A stretch of DNA of 51,902 nucleotides, counting the filler, from Sphacelaria rigidula (Eukaryota), in the NCBI GenBank assembly GCA_964200075.2. It is 4 parts of 4 records of this genome, joined end to end, with 100 filler letters (N's around TTAATTAATTAA, not from the genome) between each part and the next. Parts side by side here need not be neighbours in the genome. Positions count along the whole stretch, not along the records: positions 13,003 to 25,903 come from CAXNAA020003321.1; positions 26,004 to 38,903 come from CAXNAA020003322.1; 2 more parts are not named here. The stretch is one strand, 5' to 3'. A program made the translations under genes and the position numbers. Below are positions 13,003-26,067 of the stretch, one piece after another (the first letter of the stretch is position 1; each line of letters begins with the position of its first letter). The notes under the pieces were generated by a model. It searched no databases, had not been told where the DNA came from, and was given only the letters and a program-made list of their open reading frames with translations.

Positions 13003-13160
13003 CATTCGGATGACAGCCAACAATGAGTTGCTTTCTTCTGTGGTATCGCCACTTCCAGAGACAGCCATGGCCTTTACACTGCCTCACGGGTGTAGGAGCG
13101 CGGGGGGGGGGGTACTCATTTGTTGCTTGCCATAGTCGTTTGACCATTGGGGGGGGGGGA

Positions 13161-13610
13161 TGTTCGTTTGGTTCACGTTGTACGAGTCAAGGAAGGGGAA
13201 AAGCATATGTCGGAAAAAACGCTGCACAAATCTTGAATGTAACTATAAATACGGATCATTTGTCTCGTACGAAACATGAGTGGAGAAAATGCTGGAATGA
13301 TTCGTACGTTACGAAATTTCGGTGGGGAAAATGTTAGGATGATTCATCCCATACGAAGCAAGGGCGACAAACGTGTTGGAAGGATTCGTGCAGTACGAAT
13401 GAAGGTGGGGAAAATGTTGGTATGATTTCGTGACGTACGAAGCAACGGGTAGGAAAACGAGCGAAAGAGGCATATCATATGAATTAACGATGGAGAAAAT
13501 GTACAAATTATTCATACTCCACGAATTAATGGCGGGGAGAATACGTGAAATAGTTGTACCGTGCGAATCAATGGAGGGGGAAATAAACGAAAGAGTAGTG
13601 CCGAAACAAT
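13161..13610 (+). repeat. Degenerate ~42-bp minisatellite array A with palindromic core
   Basis: About 9 units of approximate consensus TGATTCGTACCGTACGAATCAACGGTGGGAAAAATGTTGGAA. Confidence 0.8.
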
Positions 13611-14724
13611 CATGTGTTCTAAACGCTCACTAACCACAATCTCATACGAAACACACGAATGATTCGTGTGAACATGCATCTGGACGAATCATGGTGCAAT
13701 TTCTTCGAAGGCTCGCCACTCTACCTCCCGCCCCCTACACACGAGTGTTGTGATCATCCCCACTCATGCGACGCATCCAAAGCTCGCAACAAACGCCATA
13801 TAACTTATAGTGTGAAGTACAATGCAAGGCAACAGCTTTACCGTGAACTGAGGTTGAACTGTCCACTGACCTACTGCCGTGGGGCGGCTGCGATAGGAGG
13901 GCCATAATATTGCTGTCAAATCAACACAAGCGTACCGTGAAAGAACGGATTGAAGTTGGAAACATGAGAAACCAAAAGCTTCCGTGATTCGGCCATGATA
14001 CGAGGCGGTCTCTTCACTACCGCCAAATCAGTACACGCCTGCTGTGTGGTCGTGACTTGTGGTTGTGGTGGGGGACGGGAGACGGGGGGGCTCCTGTACT
14101 GTGCGTGTTTAAGATGTTTGATCGCTTTTGTTGTATGTTATTTCCGGACCCCTGATGGAGGTGAAGGACCTACGTTTTGTCTAGTCGAAGACTAGAAGGT
14201 TAACACATGGAGAAATCGAGCATGGCTCTTTGTGGTACCTAAGGGCTCCAACTCTCTCACACACAACGTGTCTGTTGTGTCTGTCAATGACACGGTCATT
14301 CTTCTCCTCTCGCCGAGCGACTTACTTCTTGATGCCCGAAGGTCCAACGTATCTCGAATCCAACACATACAAACAACACATACAAAGGTCCAGTTCGGCA
14401 CGCTTCATTTGGCGTTGATGCACCTCCGGGCAGAGTCAGGGGTCGGAGAATAGCCAATATTTAGTAGTGGTTAGAGGCTTCCGAGAACTTCTTGCCATTT
14501 CGGAACTGGCATGATGAAGAAGATAAATTATTCACCATAAAGATGAAGAGACGTCCGCTTCTTCCTCGGGACATGAAGTCCGCTCTTGAAATTAGGAACC
14601 GGCTGAAATATATATATGAAAGAAGGGTTCACATCTGCTGCTGCACGCAGTGGTTGCCCATGAGTAAGTGATCGTTCACTGGCCTGCATATTTTGCCGAC
14701 CTCGCGAGAGCGGCAGTTGCCCCG

Positions 14725-15102
14725 ACCCACCTTCCTTGTACCAATCACGACCGGGAAAAACGCTCGGATGATTCATACCATACGAATCAAGGACGACATA
14801 AAGGTTGGGACTGATTCGCACCACACGAATCAAAGTCGTGAAAAATGTGCAAAAGAGTCGTACCGTACGAATCAACGATGGGAAAACTGTTGGAAAGGGT
14901 CATACCGTGGGAGTCAACGGTATGGGGGATATGCGAAGTGATTCATACCGCGCCAATCAACAATGGAAAAAATGTGCGAAATGGTTCGTAGCGTACGAAT
15001 CAACGGTAAGAAATTATTGTGCGACTGATTCGTACCGAACGAATCGACGACGGACAAAGGTTGGAACGATTCGTACCGTACGGATCCACAGTGGAAAAGA
15101 TG
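14725..15102 (+). repeat. Degenerate ~42-bp minisatellite array B, same family and orientation as array A
   Basis: About 9 units, e.g. tgattcataccatacgaatcaa, gagtcgtaccgtacgaatcaacgatgggaaaactgttggaa, tgattcgtaccgaacgaatcga. Confidence 0.85.
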
Positions 15103-15946
15103 CCTGCAGAGTATGCTACCTCCAGTACACGTGTAGGTGAATGATACGCTGCCTATTGATGCAGCGATTTGGCCACGAGTTGCATGAGATTGGGCAATTG
15201 AATACTGTGGAGCATGACTAAGGGTGCTTGGCATTGGATGTATGTAGAGGAGCTGCTGCTCCTGGCCATTTCCTGACAATGGAGACTGTGCGTAGGTGAA
15301 CAATATCTGTCTTCCAGTCTCCAAGCTCGAGTGAGGGAGGAAGCCCTTCGAGCAGTCCTGTGACCTTGTTTTGAGTTCAGAAGGGTCTACAATGAACTTT
15401 TCTTCAGGAAACCTGCTGGTTTCTGGGTGAAATTCCCTTCAGCTGCGGAAAATCTCTGTCCCTTTGTATACAAGTTATACAGCCCGTACACAGTGAGGAC
15501 GCTCGCTGAGCAGCAGAGAGACGGCTACGTTGGCTGCACGAACTGCGTTAAAGCTATTCTGGAAGGCTGGCGGCGCGCAGGAGAGGTGGAGGGAGCGATG
15601 CAGTCGATGAGGTGAGGTTCGGTCGAACTGAGTCGACGATCGGGTGCCATGAACGTATTCAGGACATGATCCTCAATTGTTGTTGCCGGGGTGATACAGA
15701 GAGAGTACCTGGTTTATCAGGGAGTGTTATCGACCGTCACGGAAACACAGCTCTTCGACTGTAGCGCAATGGATAGTAAAAATAAGAAAATTACGCACAC
15801 AACGCATGTACTTTACTTGTAATATTTAGTAGATAGTGGCCGACGTCGTGCGTCTGACATTTTAGATCTGGAGCGAGGCCATAGCGAAAAGTAGGAGGGG
15901 GTACCAAACGCAAGTTCGAGGAATTCTTAATCGCTCTCACTCAACC

Positions 15947-16042
15947 GGTCGCCCCGGTGGCTCAGTTGGTCTCCTCGAAACCTTCTGACGGTTTGGGCGT
16001 CGGATGGAATCTCGGTGAAGTCACACGATCTTGGATTCTTCT
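15947..16042 (+). mobile_element. tRNA-derived SINE head (degenerate)
   Basis: ggtcgccccggtggctcagttgg (A-box) ...ccttctgacggtt... Homologous to the minus-strand copy at 32282-32380, which keeps a B-box (ggttcgagtc). Confidence 0.6.
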
Positions 16043-16109
16043 TACGTCACGCCCAACGGTGAAGAGCGACCGTGTTGTGGGTACTCAAAGGTGACTTCAC
16101 GGTCGACGA

Positions 16110-16275
16110 AGGAAAGGGACCGCTCAATCCTTCTCGCGATAAAAATCGAGGCAAGCACCGCAGGAGGCAGGTGGTGTGCTGCACAAAATAAAGAGTGAAA
16201 AACTCCCGTGTTTGTTGACCTTTCTCCCATGTAACCCCGCGGCTGCGATGCGCCCACATATGCCGACAGGAAACT
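16110..16275. repeat. Interspersed repeat (other copies at 50595-50745 and, partially, 18650-18725)
   Basis: Shared tctcgcgataaaaa..aggcaagcaccgca...aaaa.actcc.gtgtt..ccttt.ctcc..tgt..cccc...gc.g.tgcgc..acata. Confidence 0.6.
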
Positions 16276-19200
16276 TAATCGACTATACTTACACTCCAGG
16301 ATCTGCCTGGATACAAGGGAAATGGATTTCAATATTGGATCATGACATACAGGGGAGATACGAATAAGATACTAGTTCTGTTATTAAGGTATACCCGATG
16401 TAGTGGTTGCAGTACATATAATGATGGGGCGGCACACGCTTTCTTGCATGGCGAAGAGATGGGATTATGACATGTCATTTTATATGAGCGTTTTCCCCAG
16501 CAATGACTACACCCCTTCATTCAGTGTTAGTTCTGATTCAGTGGTGGTTTCAGTGTGTGTTATGTGTGAATATGGGTGAATCAACTACATAAATGATACC
16601 TGGTCTCAACTGGCCATGGCAGGCCTACAACTTCCCGCGACAATGCGCCCGGTGCATGAGGCTTCCTATTAAGACTGGCGTCCAAGATAGATGATATGGC
16701 AACAACACACAAAACACACACTCAACGGACCATTTCCGCCTGCCGCGCCTGCTGCTTTACCCTTACAGACAGCTGCCGTTGGGCCAAACGGCTGGTGACT
16801 GGGCTCCGGATCGAGCCCACTATATTGGCGGGACGACTTTTGAAGCACTACCGGGAGCGAATTGTAGTCTCCATATGTCAAGCACATCAGAAGTTGCTGA
16901 CTGTTGAATGGCTCATCTTTTGCGAGCTTTTGGATCTCTTGCTGTATGTGGGATTTCCGATGAGAGTCGCAGTAATCGTTCTGGGTTGAGCCAGATTCGA
17001 GAAAGTGGCTTCGGAAGGTGACTTTTCGGTTTCGATTAGACATGGCCTGATGATCTCAAGACGGCCACAGGCAATGAGTCAGTCATCCATGCACGAGCAT
17101 GGGTCACGTGGATCTTGCACTCATTTTGCAACCGAACATCGTGCAGATTCAACAGTTGACCCACCTCCGGGGTCAGAGGCTTCGACATCACGAGCACGAG
17201 GTTCGGTGCATGAGCCACAGAGAGTGTGTACATGCACAACACGAGGGGGGTGCTGAAGCATAGCAACATCCCAGATAAAATAGACTCGAGAGTGATCCTA
17301 CGATTTAGTAAGCGGGTGTTTCGAGCCACTCATTGCGGAAAATAAGTAACTTTGGGGTGCCGCTTCAAGAGCAGCAAATTTCTGTTGAATGCTCTTGGTG
17401 CCAACACAGACACACACACGCACGCATTTACACCGCCGATCAAGGTTTGCGGCTATATAAAAGCGCAAAACAAATACATGAGCTCATGTACGACCCCCCT
17501 TTGTTTCGTGCAACCGAATGTTCCCCCCCATGTCGTAGGATAAGTCCTACGGTGTCGACAGGAGACCCACCTTCTCGTGGCTTTCTGTGAGCCGCAGCCT
17601 GCCTTGCATGCTGCTAGGTTGTCGAACCGCCCTGGTTTGATCCCATTCCCGCCGTGAATGATCGTGGCTGAGGTTGTCAAACTTATGGGGAGTGTGCGTC
17701 GCTTGCAAGTGGTGTGCTATTGTGCTCTGTCTTGGTATGTGAGGCTGCGCTGGAATACTGAGTACTTCATACCTTAGTAGGGATTGTGTGTACAGACGGC
17801 ATGTTGCTCATGGGCTAGTGTCACGTCGTTTAACACCCTCACAGGAAATGAGACATGATGTAGCCAGCAGAGTCAATTATGGACATGAATGAAAATATAC
17901 TGGTACTTTTCCCAGGGATATTTTCATTAAGATTTCATTCAAGAGGCATGATGCTTCCTTACCTCCCACAGCACACAAGATGGCAATTGATACATTTCGA
18001 GCAAGGAGCAGCAGATACTCTTCTCGTACAAACTGCATGGTCATCTTCCATCCTGCCGTTTTAGAGCCTGGTCCAACACCGACAGCGGATCTCGGCCATA
18101 CGACACAGAACTCGCGCCGTACCGGCAGTTATACACTGACGTTGCACACACATACACCCCTCATCGGTGGACATCATCAAATCTTACCATCATACGCGTG
18201 ACGCCACCAAATAATGCTGCCGCACCAGATGATGCGGCATTTGCGGAGTTGAGGCTTTTCTCCCGCTTCGCCTTTTGTTCGACTGAATCTCACAGCAAGG
18301 CAGAGGGGAGTTTGGTGCTTGGGCGTTGTGTTAATATTAGCTAATAGACCCAGAGGAATATATCATATATCCCATGTTTTCTTGGGTAGGCCGTGCTGTG
18401 TGCGTCAAGGATGCAGTAACGCCAATTGCGTGGTGCCTTCATTCACGACGTAGGAATGCGGGCAAAACAATGTTGACACAGTAAAGTGATTCCGCGCCGC
18501 GGTGTATTGGTTCGACTATCGCCGCTACGGTGGAGAGACGTGGGCTCGATTTCCGCCAGATTGGTTGGGTTTTTTTTGTTCGGAGTATCTGATTTACACC
18601 GTCGAAAGCGTATACCACAGAAGAAGGGAGATGGGGTATTGACATAGAAAATACAATAAAATAATGACTTTTATGTTGCCTTGTTCCTGTGTAACCCCAG
18701 CCGATGCGCCCGCACATACATCCCGAAAGGTGTACTGTAGACTGGCGTGCAGAATAGATGGGATCATGACACACACCGCCGAGAGCGTGAGGATGTGAGG
18801 AGTAGACAAAAGTAGTCAACAGATTTTTATTGACAATATTGACGCGGTACGGGAGTGCTGCATGACCCAATCCGCGGGACCAAAATGCAAGGCATGTACC
18901 GGGAAGAGATGCCGATCCTGATCCCTTGAAAACACGGACTCGTCTAGGCCTGTAGCGCGGAGAGATGACATCATGATGAGTCGATCCTAACCCGTTGACA
19001 CCATGGATTCGTCCCCAGGAAGGAAGGGATTTGAGACTGTGACAGACAACAAAAAGAGGAAAATGAAGAGGAGATGCGAAAAATGGGTATTATATCTTGT
19101 GGTTTTGGGAACAAAAAGAGGGTAGCGCACTTTTCGGTTCGGGGCGCGGCGCGGCGCTGCACCCGGGCCGGGCACCTCCGAAACACGTTTCGTCGCTCCA

Positions 19201-20289
19201 GCCCCACACCCGACGTCCTTGGGTACCATGCCCAACTTTCGTTTTTACTTTCCGACACATGGCAACAGGCTTAACAAGGGCGCGGAAAATGAAATCCTGT
19301 TGAAGTACCCCCATTTTGTCAAGAAACCAGCCGGGTATACCCGACTCGCGGCTGTATCGTACCTGATTACCTTCACGTGCGTGCGTACCCTTGAATGGTT
19401 TTTGACGTACACATTTTGCCTTGATTTCGGGATGAAAGAAAGGGGCACTTCTAGCCAGAAAATGGTGCTTTCGCACGTACCTTTTGACGGAACGGAAAAC
19501 GGGAAACCCCCAAAAATACTTTCAGGGAGGTCAGGGAAAGCAATGTTTTGGGGTTGAAAATAATTGCTTTGTTCAAACTCATTTTGTAATATACCACGAA
19601 GCATGTGATACCAAGTTAATGCCTTGAAAACACAAATAAAAATCCACTCAAAAAAAATGGCGGAGGGGGGGGGGGGGGGGTCCTAGGTTTTACCCCCAAC
19701 AGGTAATACAAACAGGATACGCCGACACATGAAAAAAAAGGAGAATCCAGACAGAGCGTGAGATAGCTAGACCACGCCATACGGAGAGAAAAAAACAAAC
19801 AATGTGTAGCGAGCATCGTGGCTCGTCTTCCATCTATAAGCTGTCTGTATTGCGGAGAATGGCGTCGTCTATGTCGTCGTCGTGACGCTGTAAACACCAG
19901 GACTCTCGGCGGGCAGACGGCGCTTCGGTGTATCAAGTTTTGAAATTGATTCAAGGTGTTCGGGGTCGTCGAGAAATCGCAGTGGTGGTAGCTGTCGAAG
20001 TCGGGGTAAGTCATGCTGCGATGATGGGGAGAAGGGTGTTTGACTGCACCAAAAAGAGGGCTCATAGGTGTTTCGAATGACACGCTCGCGGCGCGCTTGT
20101 ATTTGGGTATAGACGGTGTCAAGCGGCATGGCCAAGCGTTATCTATCGGCACAAGCGCGTTTAAGCAACCGCTGCTGCTTTTAACGGCGATTTGAAGTGG
20201 AATTTCGTGGGAGAAATGGCCCGAAATACCCCCCCCCCCCCCCTCCCCCCTATCGTAGCATGACTCGGGTCTGGTAAGTGGATCTCGCC

Positions 20290-22570
20290 CAATCACGAAA
20301 GGGAGTCCAGCACCATATCTCTATAGCACGCGCTCTTCGGTAGACGTTCCCTGCGAAAAGAAAGTATAGCGCACGCGAAACAAGGCTGCAGACGGCCACG
20401 ACGAACGCGCCGAATGCTCTCGGGCCAGCTCCCGTGCCACCGCGTTCTTCCGCATGGACCTGTATCTTCGGTTTCACGGACGGTGTTGCGCGAAATTTCG
20501 TGACCAGTAGAACAAGATTTTTCTACGACAGCACCACAGATCAATTCCCCTTTTCTCACGTGACCCGCTTCAACCCCTTCCGATGTGCCTGATACATTAC
20601 AGCTAGTTTATCGCCACGGCCCCGGACCAGTTGGTGTCCGCTACGATGGTGAGCTACCACCCGTTCGATGGGTGTGTTGACATTTCCTACCGTGATATGG
20701 AAGGGCGGCGCCTTGGTGGCGTGCTTGGTTAACACATACCAATTGAGTTCCAGCGGCACTCGTTTGGGCATGTTAGTTGTATTGTGCGACGCTGCGAAAG
20801 ATTTGCGGCGCAAGACAGACATGCGGTTGTTTTGGCGGAGGCCCTGCCTCATCCGTGGGGTAATCAGGGTGCAAACGTTTCTCTCCTGTTGGAATATCAT
20901 CCGGTGCTGTGGTACTTGGGCCAACACCCAATATTTTCCACGGCCTGTTCGAATGCAGGGACAGTTTGGCCGTCAATACCATGTCCAGCGAATCCCTTTT
21001 TCGCGCTAGCTCCTTAGCGAACGGCTTTTACGTCGCTATACACTCACACCCATACACATTTCTTCCATACTGGTCGCTTGTGCATTACCGCATCCAACAT
21101 GGCCTCTGCACCATTTTTAGCGTTTGCTCGGTTAATGTGGTCTTATTCACGAACTAATTTGTATGTCAATCGCAGTGGACGGCTCAAAAGCTCGTGGTAC
21201 TCCCTTATATGTCGGTCCAAACTCTGGTGTCCGACGGCGTTCCCGCGTCCGAGTACGGTGAACGGCAACCTTGGCACGCGACCGATGTGAGCTTTGTTTG
21301 GCGCGAGACCAGTGGCGGTGTGAACCGAACTTTTGTAGTTCATTTGGGCAAAAGTCAGGTGCAAATCATAATATGTCTGTCGTTTGTTGATGACGGCTGA
21401 CGGCATTAGTTGCGCTATCGCATGGTTGACACGTTGCGTCGCACCATTCGCGTTTGGGTGGTACGAACTCGTCAAAAGTCGATGAGAATCCAGTATAGCT
21501 TTTTGACCGAGGCAGAAAGCTAACCTAAAACTCTTGACCATTGTCGGACAACAGTCTCCTTGGGACACCCCACTACGGTGTCATGTACTCCTACACTAAT
21601 GCGTGCGCGGTGCATCGCAGTATAGTTGAATTCCGAAACAGCGCACATGACGGCGTATCTACAACATCTATCAACAGATAATTGTATAAAACGAGGTTGT
21701 ACGATGAGATGAGGTGCAAGCCCAAAACATTCATTCCCCATACTTTCAGCGATAGTGCCCAATGACTTTTTGTCGTCCTAATGCCCCTTAATCGCGTAGA
21801 TACTTCTTCAGCGCATTTCTCTGCTTCTGTGAGCTTACAGCTCTGACCGGAACCGTCATTTTCCCTGATTTCACAAATGACGGTTTCGGTCAGCGCTGTA
21901 AGCTCACAGTCAGTAAAATGCGCTGAAAAAGTATCTACGCGATCGAGGGGCATTAGGCCGACAAAAACGTCATTGGGCCCTATCGCTGAAGGTGTGGGGA
22001 AATCACTGTTACGGGCTTGAACCTCAATTCATCGTACTACCTCATTTTATAGAATTGTACGTTAATCTGCAATCAACAATATGTACTTGGTGCCGCTCTC
22101 CATGAGGGTCAACAGTCCAAAATGATCTAAAGATCCAATGACATCGAGCCCGTTGGGGAACCCTATGGAGATGATGGGCCAGCGCGCAGTCTGACAGATC
22201 ATACTATAGTGTACCCACTAACGCACGCACTGGTCGAGACCAATCCACCAGTAGGGAACGTTCCATGAACTGAGTGGGGTCCGAATCGTGCCCAGGTGCG
22301 TCGAAGCGGTGGAATGGGGTCCGTGCAAGACCCATGGCCTAATCAACATTGGCACGTCAATGCGAAGGGGGTTTACCACCAAGTTGTCGAGTGTATCGAC
22401 CTGTGCGTGGGTTTGTCCGTGGGGCCAACGTGGGCTTGCAGACTTTCAAGTACAATTCAGTCATCATACGTGTGGAGTTTGTCTGCGCGAGCCAGCTCAA
22501 AAATGTCATGCCGTGTTTGTCCCGGACGTTGCCCGACGGGTTTGAGAATTTCCACGCAGAGAGTGGTAGT
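20290..22570 (-). mobile_element. Decayed Ty3/Gypsy LTR-retrotransposon pol 3' region (integrase zinc finger, rve core, C-terminal extension)
   Basis: Minus-strand fragments with stops and frameshifts: VPMLIRPWVLHGPHSTASTHLG..YWWIGLDQCVR*W..C (HHCC), ARWPIISIGFPNG..DHFGLL..KYILLIAD/RCCRYA, LLSDNGQEF, LTSSYHPNANGATQRVNHAIAQL, VHTATGLAPNKAHIGRVPRLPFTVL, HQLVRGRGDKLAVMY. Confidence 0.88.
21673..22064. mobile_element. ~390-bp fold-back (long inverted repeat) insertion, MITE/foldback-like, inside the Gypsy integrase
   Basis: Arms 21673-21861 and 21875-22064 are reverse complements (roughly 85% identity by eye) with a 13-nt loop. Flanked by ATC (21670-21672 and 22065-22067). Removing it restores KYILLIADRCCRYAV. 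Confidence 0.85.
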
Positions 22571-25377
22571 GGGCAGTACGGAGACAGGAAAAGTGTCGCT
22601 GCGCGGCAAGCAGGCTATGCTAAAACAAATTAAAACACAGAGTCAAGTCAGCTACACTTCCCCCAGCTATTGAACAACCACCTGTATACAGCACCTTCAC
22701 GACCCACAATCATCATCGCACGGACCAAAACCTTCATGGAAACGAACACCGATCGAATGAAGTGCAAGTGAAATTTCAAACTCTGAATCCACAAGCAGAC
22801 AGGAGCGAAACAGGCAATATCGTGGACGCAACCACCCCCTCAAGGCTCGGAATTTCCCGCACGCCACAACACGTGCATTCGCTAAATCAACCCGAAACCA
22901 TGAATATAAATACTTTCAGCGGTTTCGACAACCTTCCGCAACAAGAACAAGTCACTTCTATTTTATTCCATTGTATATCAAGCCACCCAATATCCCCGCG
23001 ATCAACTCGTCCGTGACCCCAACGTACAAGTATGCCTCCCCTGCCGGGGACCCTGTACAACGGCACACCTTCTGCAGGAGCGGGGCCCTCTATGCAGGCA
23101 AAGTATCCCACAGGGGTTCAAGATAAGATCGGATGTGCGTAGACCAAAAGTCTCGATCATTTGACAGGAGCGAGAAGGCTTCGTGCGGGAACGTCAGATG
23201 TAGTAGACCCAAAACAAATGATGATCCATGTGAATGTACATACATGGAAATGATAAGAATCGACTTCGTGAAACGCACACAAAACTAATATCAACACAGG
23301 AAGAACACCTATACTCGCGAAAAGCAAAAAGGCCGATGGCTGAAATACACCGAAGATTAAAAGACAGGGTCCGAGGAGTCCAGCTACGGCCAACAGGAAA
23401 GACGTATCCAAGACGTACCCACGGTGAACATGCACTGACCCAGTGTTCACGCAATCGACTCCGTAACCCCGCTGGAAATCGAGAGGAAATAGCGGAATTC
23501 GCCAACAGCGAGAAGTTTCATGTACAGTCAGTACCATACAGTGACTAGACCGACAAGCAAGTGTTCCGGAAAACTCCTTACGTAGGAGAGGCAAAAATCT
23601 ACAGCACCTCAAAGGGGCTGTTCGTGCCGCCGTTCCCTCGCCGCAATGCCAACAGTAAACCCAGTCATGGTGCCACGAGACTGCTGAACACTCCATCGAC
23701 CCCACCCCTGGACGAACACCCAGCCGATCCCGATATCATCGGTAGAGTTGCGATGATACACCAGCAATACAGGCATGCAACTTCAACTGCCCTCAGCCTG
23801 GAGCAGCACCACAAAGTTTCTTCTGCTTCGAGTTTTCCTTGGCAAGAAAGTGTTTCCGTACATTCGCCTTGGGTACATGAATTGTTGTCATCACCTCTGG
23901 ATTCGTCCTATAGCGGATCAGCTGATAATGTGCAACAATCAACCAATCAATCGGACCAATCTATCTATCGACGTGGTTGGCGCCTCACAGTCGTCATCTA
24001 GACAGGAGGTTTGGTCTGGGCAACCTGTCTGCACGTCTACATGTGAGCCGCCAGCTCCAAGCCACCTTACTTTCCCACTCAATTTTGCTGCTGTAACATG
24101 ACCCAGAATTCGAATTTTTACTCATCTCTGAGCACACTGTAAATCGTTCACTTGAGCCTCCGATCCCGCGCCTCTGATCTCCGTATTCCAGGTGCCTTGT
24201 TTTCTCCGCTCACACTTTCAACCCCACTCCTTCCTCGGGACGATTCCGTGGTCACAAAGGATATCAACCCATCCCTCCCCCGGCACACGCCTTGCATTTC
24301 GTGCCGCGGAATGGATCGGCACCCCTGCACCGTGCCAACTCTCGTCAAACAAAATCTTGTTGCTACTCACGTTCTCACGCTTTCTACGGCGGAAATCAGA
24401 GGCTGCAGTTCGAAAAACAAAAACAGAAAAGAAGCACATCATGCGGGAGTCGAACCCCACGTTCCTTCCACCCTGACAGTGCCAATTCAAGCTGAAGACC
24501 AACAAAGGGCAGAGAGTGCCACACTAGCGAAGAACGAACTCGTCAAAATCAACACACAAACACACAGCAAAATTGGTTTCCATCACACGGCACACAATAA
24601 CGATTGTCCCGTCAAATGTGGTGCGTGGTTTTCACCATGATAATTCTCAATGCGCATGCTTAGCTTATCGGCACTTGAAATGCAGCGAAAAGTGCGGCCA
24701 TACCGAACTGCTGAACCACGTCAATATATCCGTTGTTATTACACCACTCCTTTTTTCCACACCTGAAGGATTCAGTTTGTTTGCAACTCGGCTGCATCCT
24801 ATCAAAAAGGCAATGCTGTGTATGCGGTCGACCAACCCAGTGCAGGTTACGCGCACTCAACGAGAAAATCTAGTGAGGACGTCCTCTCAAACTATTTCCC
24901 GCTAGCGGCCACTACTACAGCCCTTCCGCCCAAGCCGCCGCGATGTTCACCTTTGTTCACCTCCAACGCCAACTTCAACTCGTCGCTTGCGGAAAGACCG
25001 TCGTTCCGCAATCCGTTGTCTCGTGCCGGATTGTCTCGCATTAAGTGGTGATTCCGCCGCTCCGTAATCTCTCGCTCGTAGTGGTTCATGCGGTGCAGGT
25101 GGTCGAAATTCGCAAGGCGTAGCCATGCGCGATTGAAGAGACAACCTGTCATCGGTTTTTAGCCAACCGCCGGATTACAACGAGACGCACAAGGCACAGC
25201 GCGAATGAGTTTGACAAGTGAACCGAACCGAATGTGGTGCGATGCAGACGTGTCATGTACTACAAGCAGGGGTGTGTGGACGTCATGCGAACACGTCTAG
25301 CTGTGACAAAACAACGTACACGCAACGCGTGGTGTGACAAAAAGGACACCATGCGGACACATCAAGCTACGACAGAC

Positions 25378-25378
<1 letters not shown>

Positions 25379-25418
<40 letters not shown>
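25379..25418. repeat. (AC)n microsatellite
   Basis: About 20 perfect AC units. Confidence 0.95.
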
Positions 25419-25420
<2 letters not shown>

Positions 25421-25903
25421 CATGGGCTATCCAAACGGCAGCAACGAACAACAAACCCCAGGGTGCCGAGAGTATCGGTTGAAACATGTAATCGTGATCC
25501 GGACTACTACACCTGAACTACGGACCTATATTCGTACATACATTCAAACTACCTTTGCAGTAGAGTCATACTCCACGCCATCTCATCGATCGTGCATCTA
25601 GCCCATTTCATCGAGCGCAGATACACCAACCGCTGTTGGCTCGTATGGTTCGTGGTGAAACAAAAATTGGCAACTCAATTAGTCATACGGCAGAGATTTT
25701 ACTTTCTCGCCGCCATTCAGTTGTTTGCTGCAAATGTGTGTACCGCAGCGTTGAGAGGCAGGAATGCAGGTGGCGACACGACATGTTTTGAATGAATGAA
25801 CTTTCAATCTTTGTGAAGTACACGCCGAATCTCCGACACTTTCTACGATAGCCCCCCCCCCCAAAACCAGCTAAAACTGTCCGGAACAAAACGGTACAAC
25901 CAC

Positions 25904-26003
25904 NNNNNNNNNNNNNNNNNNNNNNNNNNNNNNNNNNNNNNNNNNNNTTAATTAATTAANNNNNNNNNNNNNNNNNNNNNNNNNNNNNNNNNNNNNNNNN
26001 NNN
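25904..26003. other. Artificial contig linker
   Basis: N44-TTAATTAATTAA-N44. Confidence 0.97.
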
Positions 26004-26067
26004 CGGGAATCGAACCCCCGTTCTCTCCACCCTAAGGGCGACAGTCGGACCATTACACCACCGGGGC
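26004..26067 (-). mobile_element. tRNA-like sequence, probably a SINE head or tRNA pseudogene, cut by the contig end
   Basis: GCCCCGGTGGTGTAATGG (A-box)...GGGGGTTCGATTCCCG (B-box). The D and anticodon stems pair poorly. A related fragment sits at 24444-24483. Confidence 0.55.

Noticed and set aside
13161..15102. CRISPR array
   Set aside because: The 'spacers' are homologous to each other, the repeats are degenerate, there are no cas-like ORFs and the context is eukaryotic.
23040..23180. Segment AFSLLSNDRDFWSTHIRSYLEP as a downstream exon of the 30506-34745 gene
   Set aside because: It is on a different contig and needs a frameshift to continue, so it cannot be linked.
26004..26067. Functional tRNA gene
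   Set aside because: Poor D/anticodon stem pairing, 3' end lost at the contig edge and a degenerate sibling at 24444; more likely SINE-derived.
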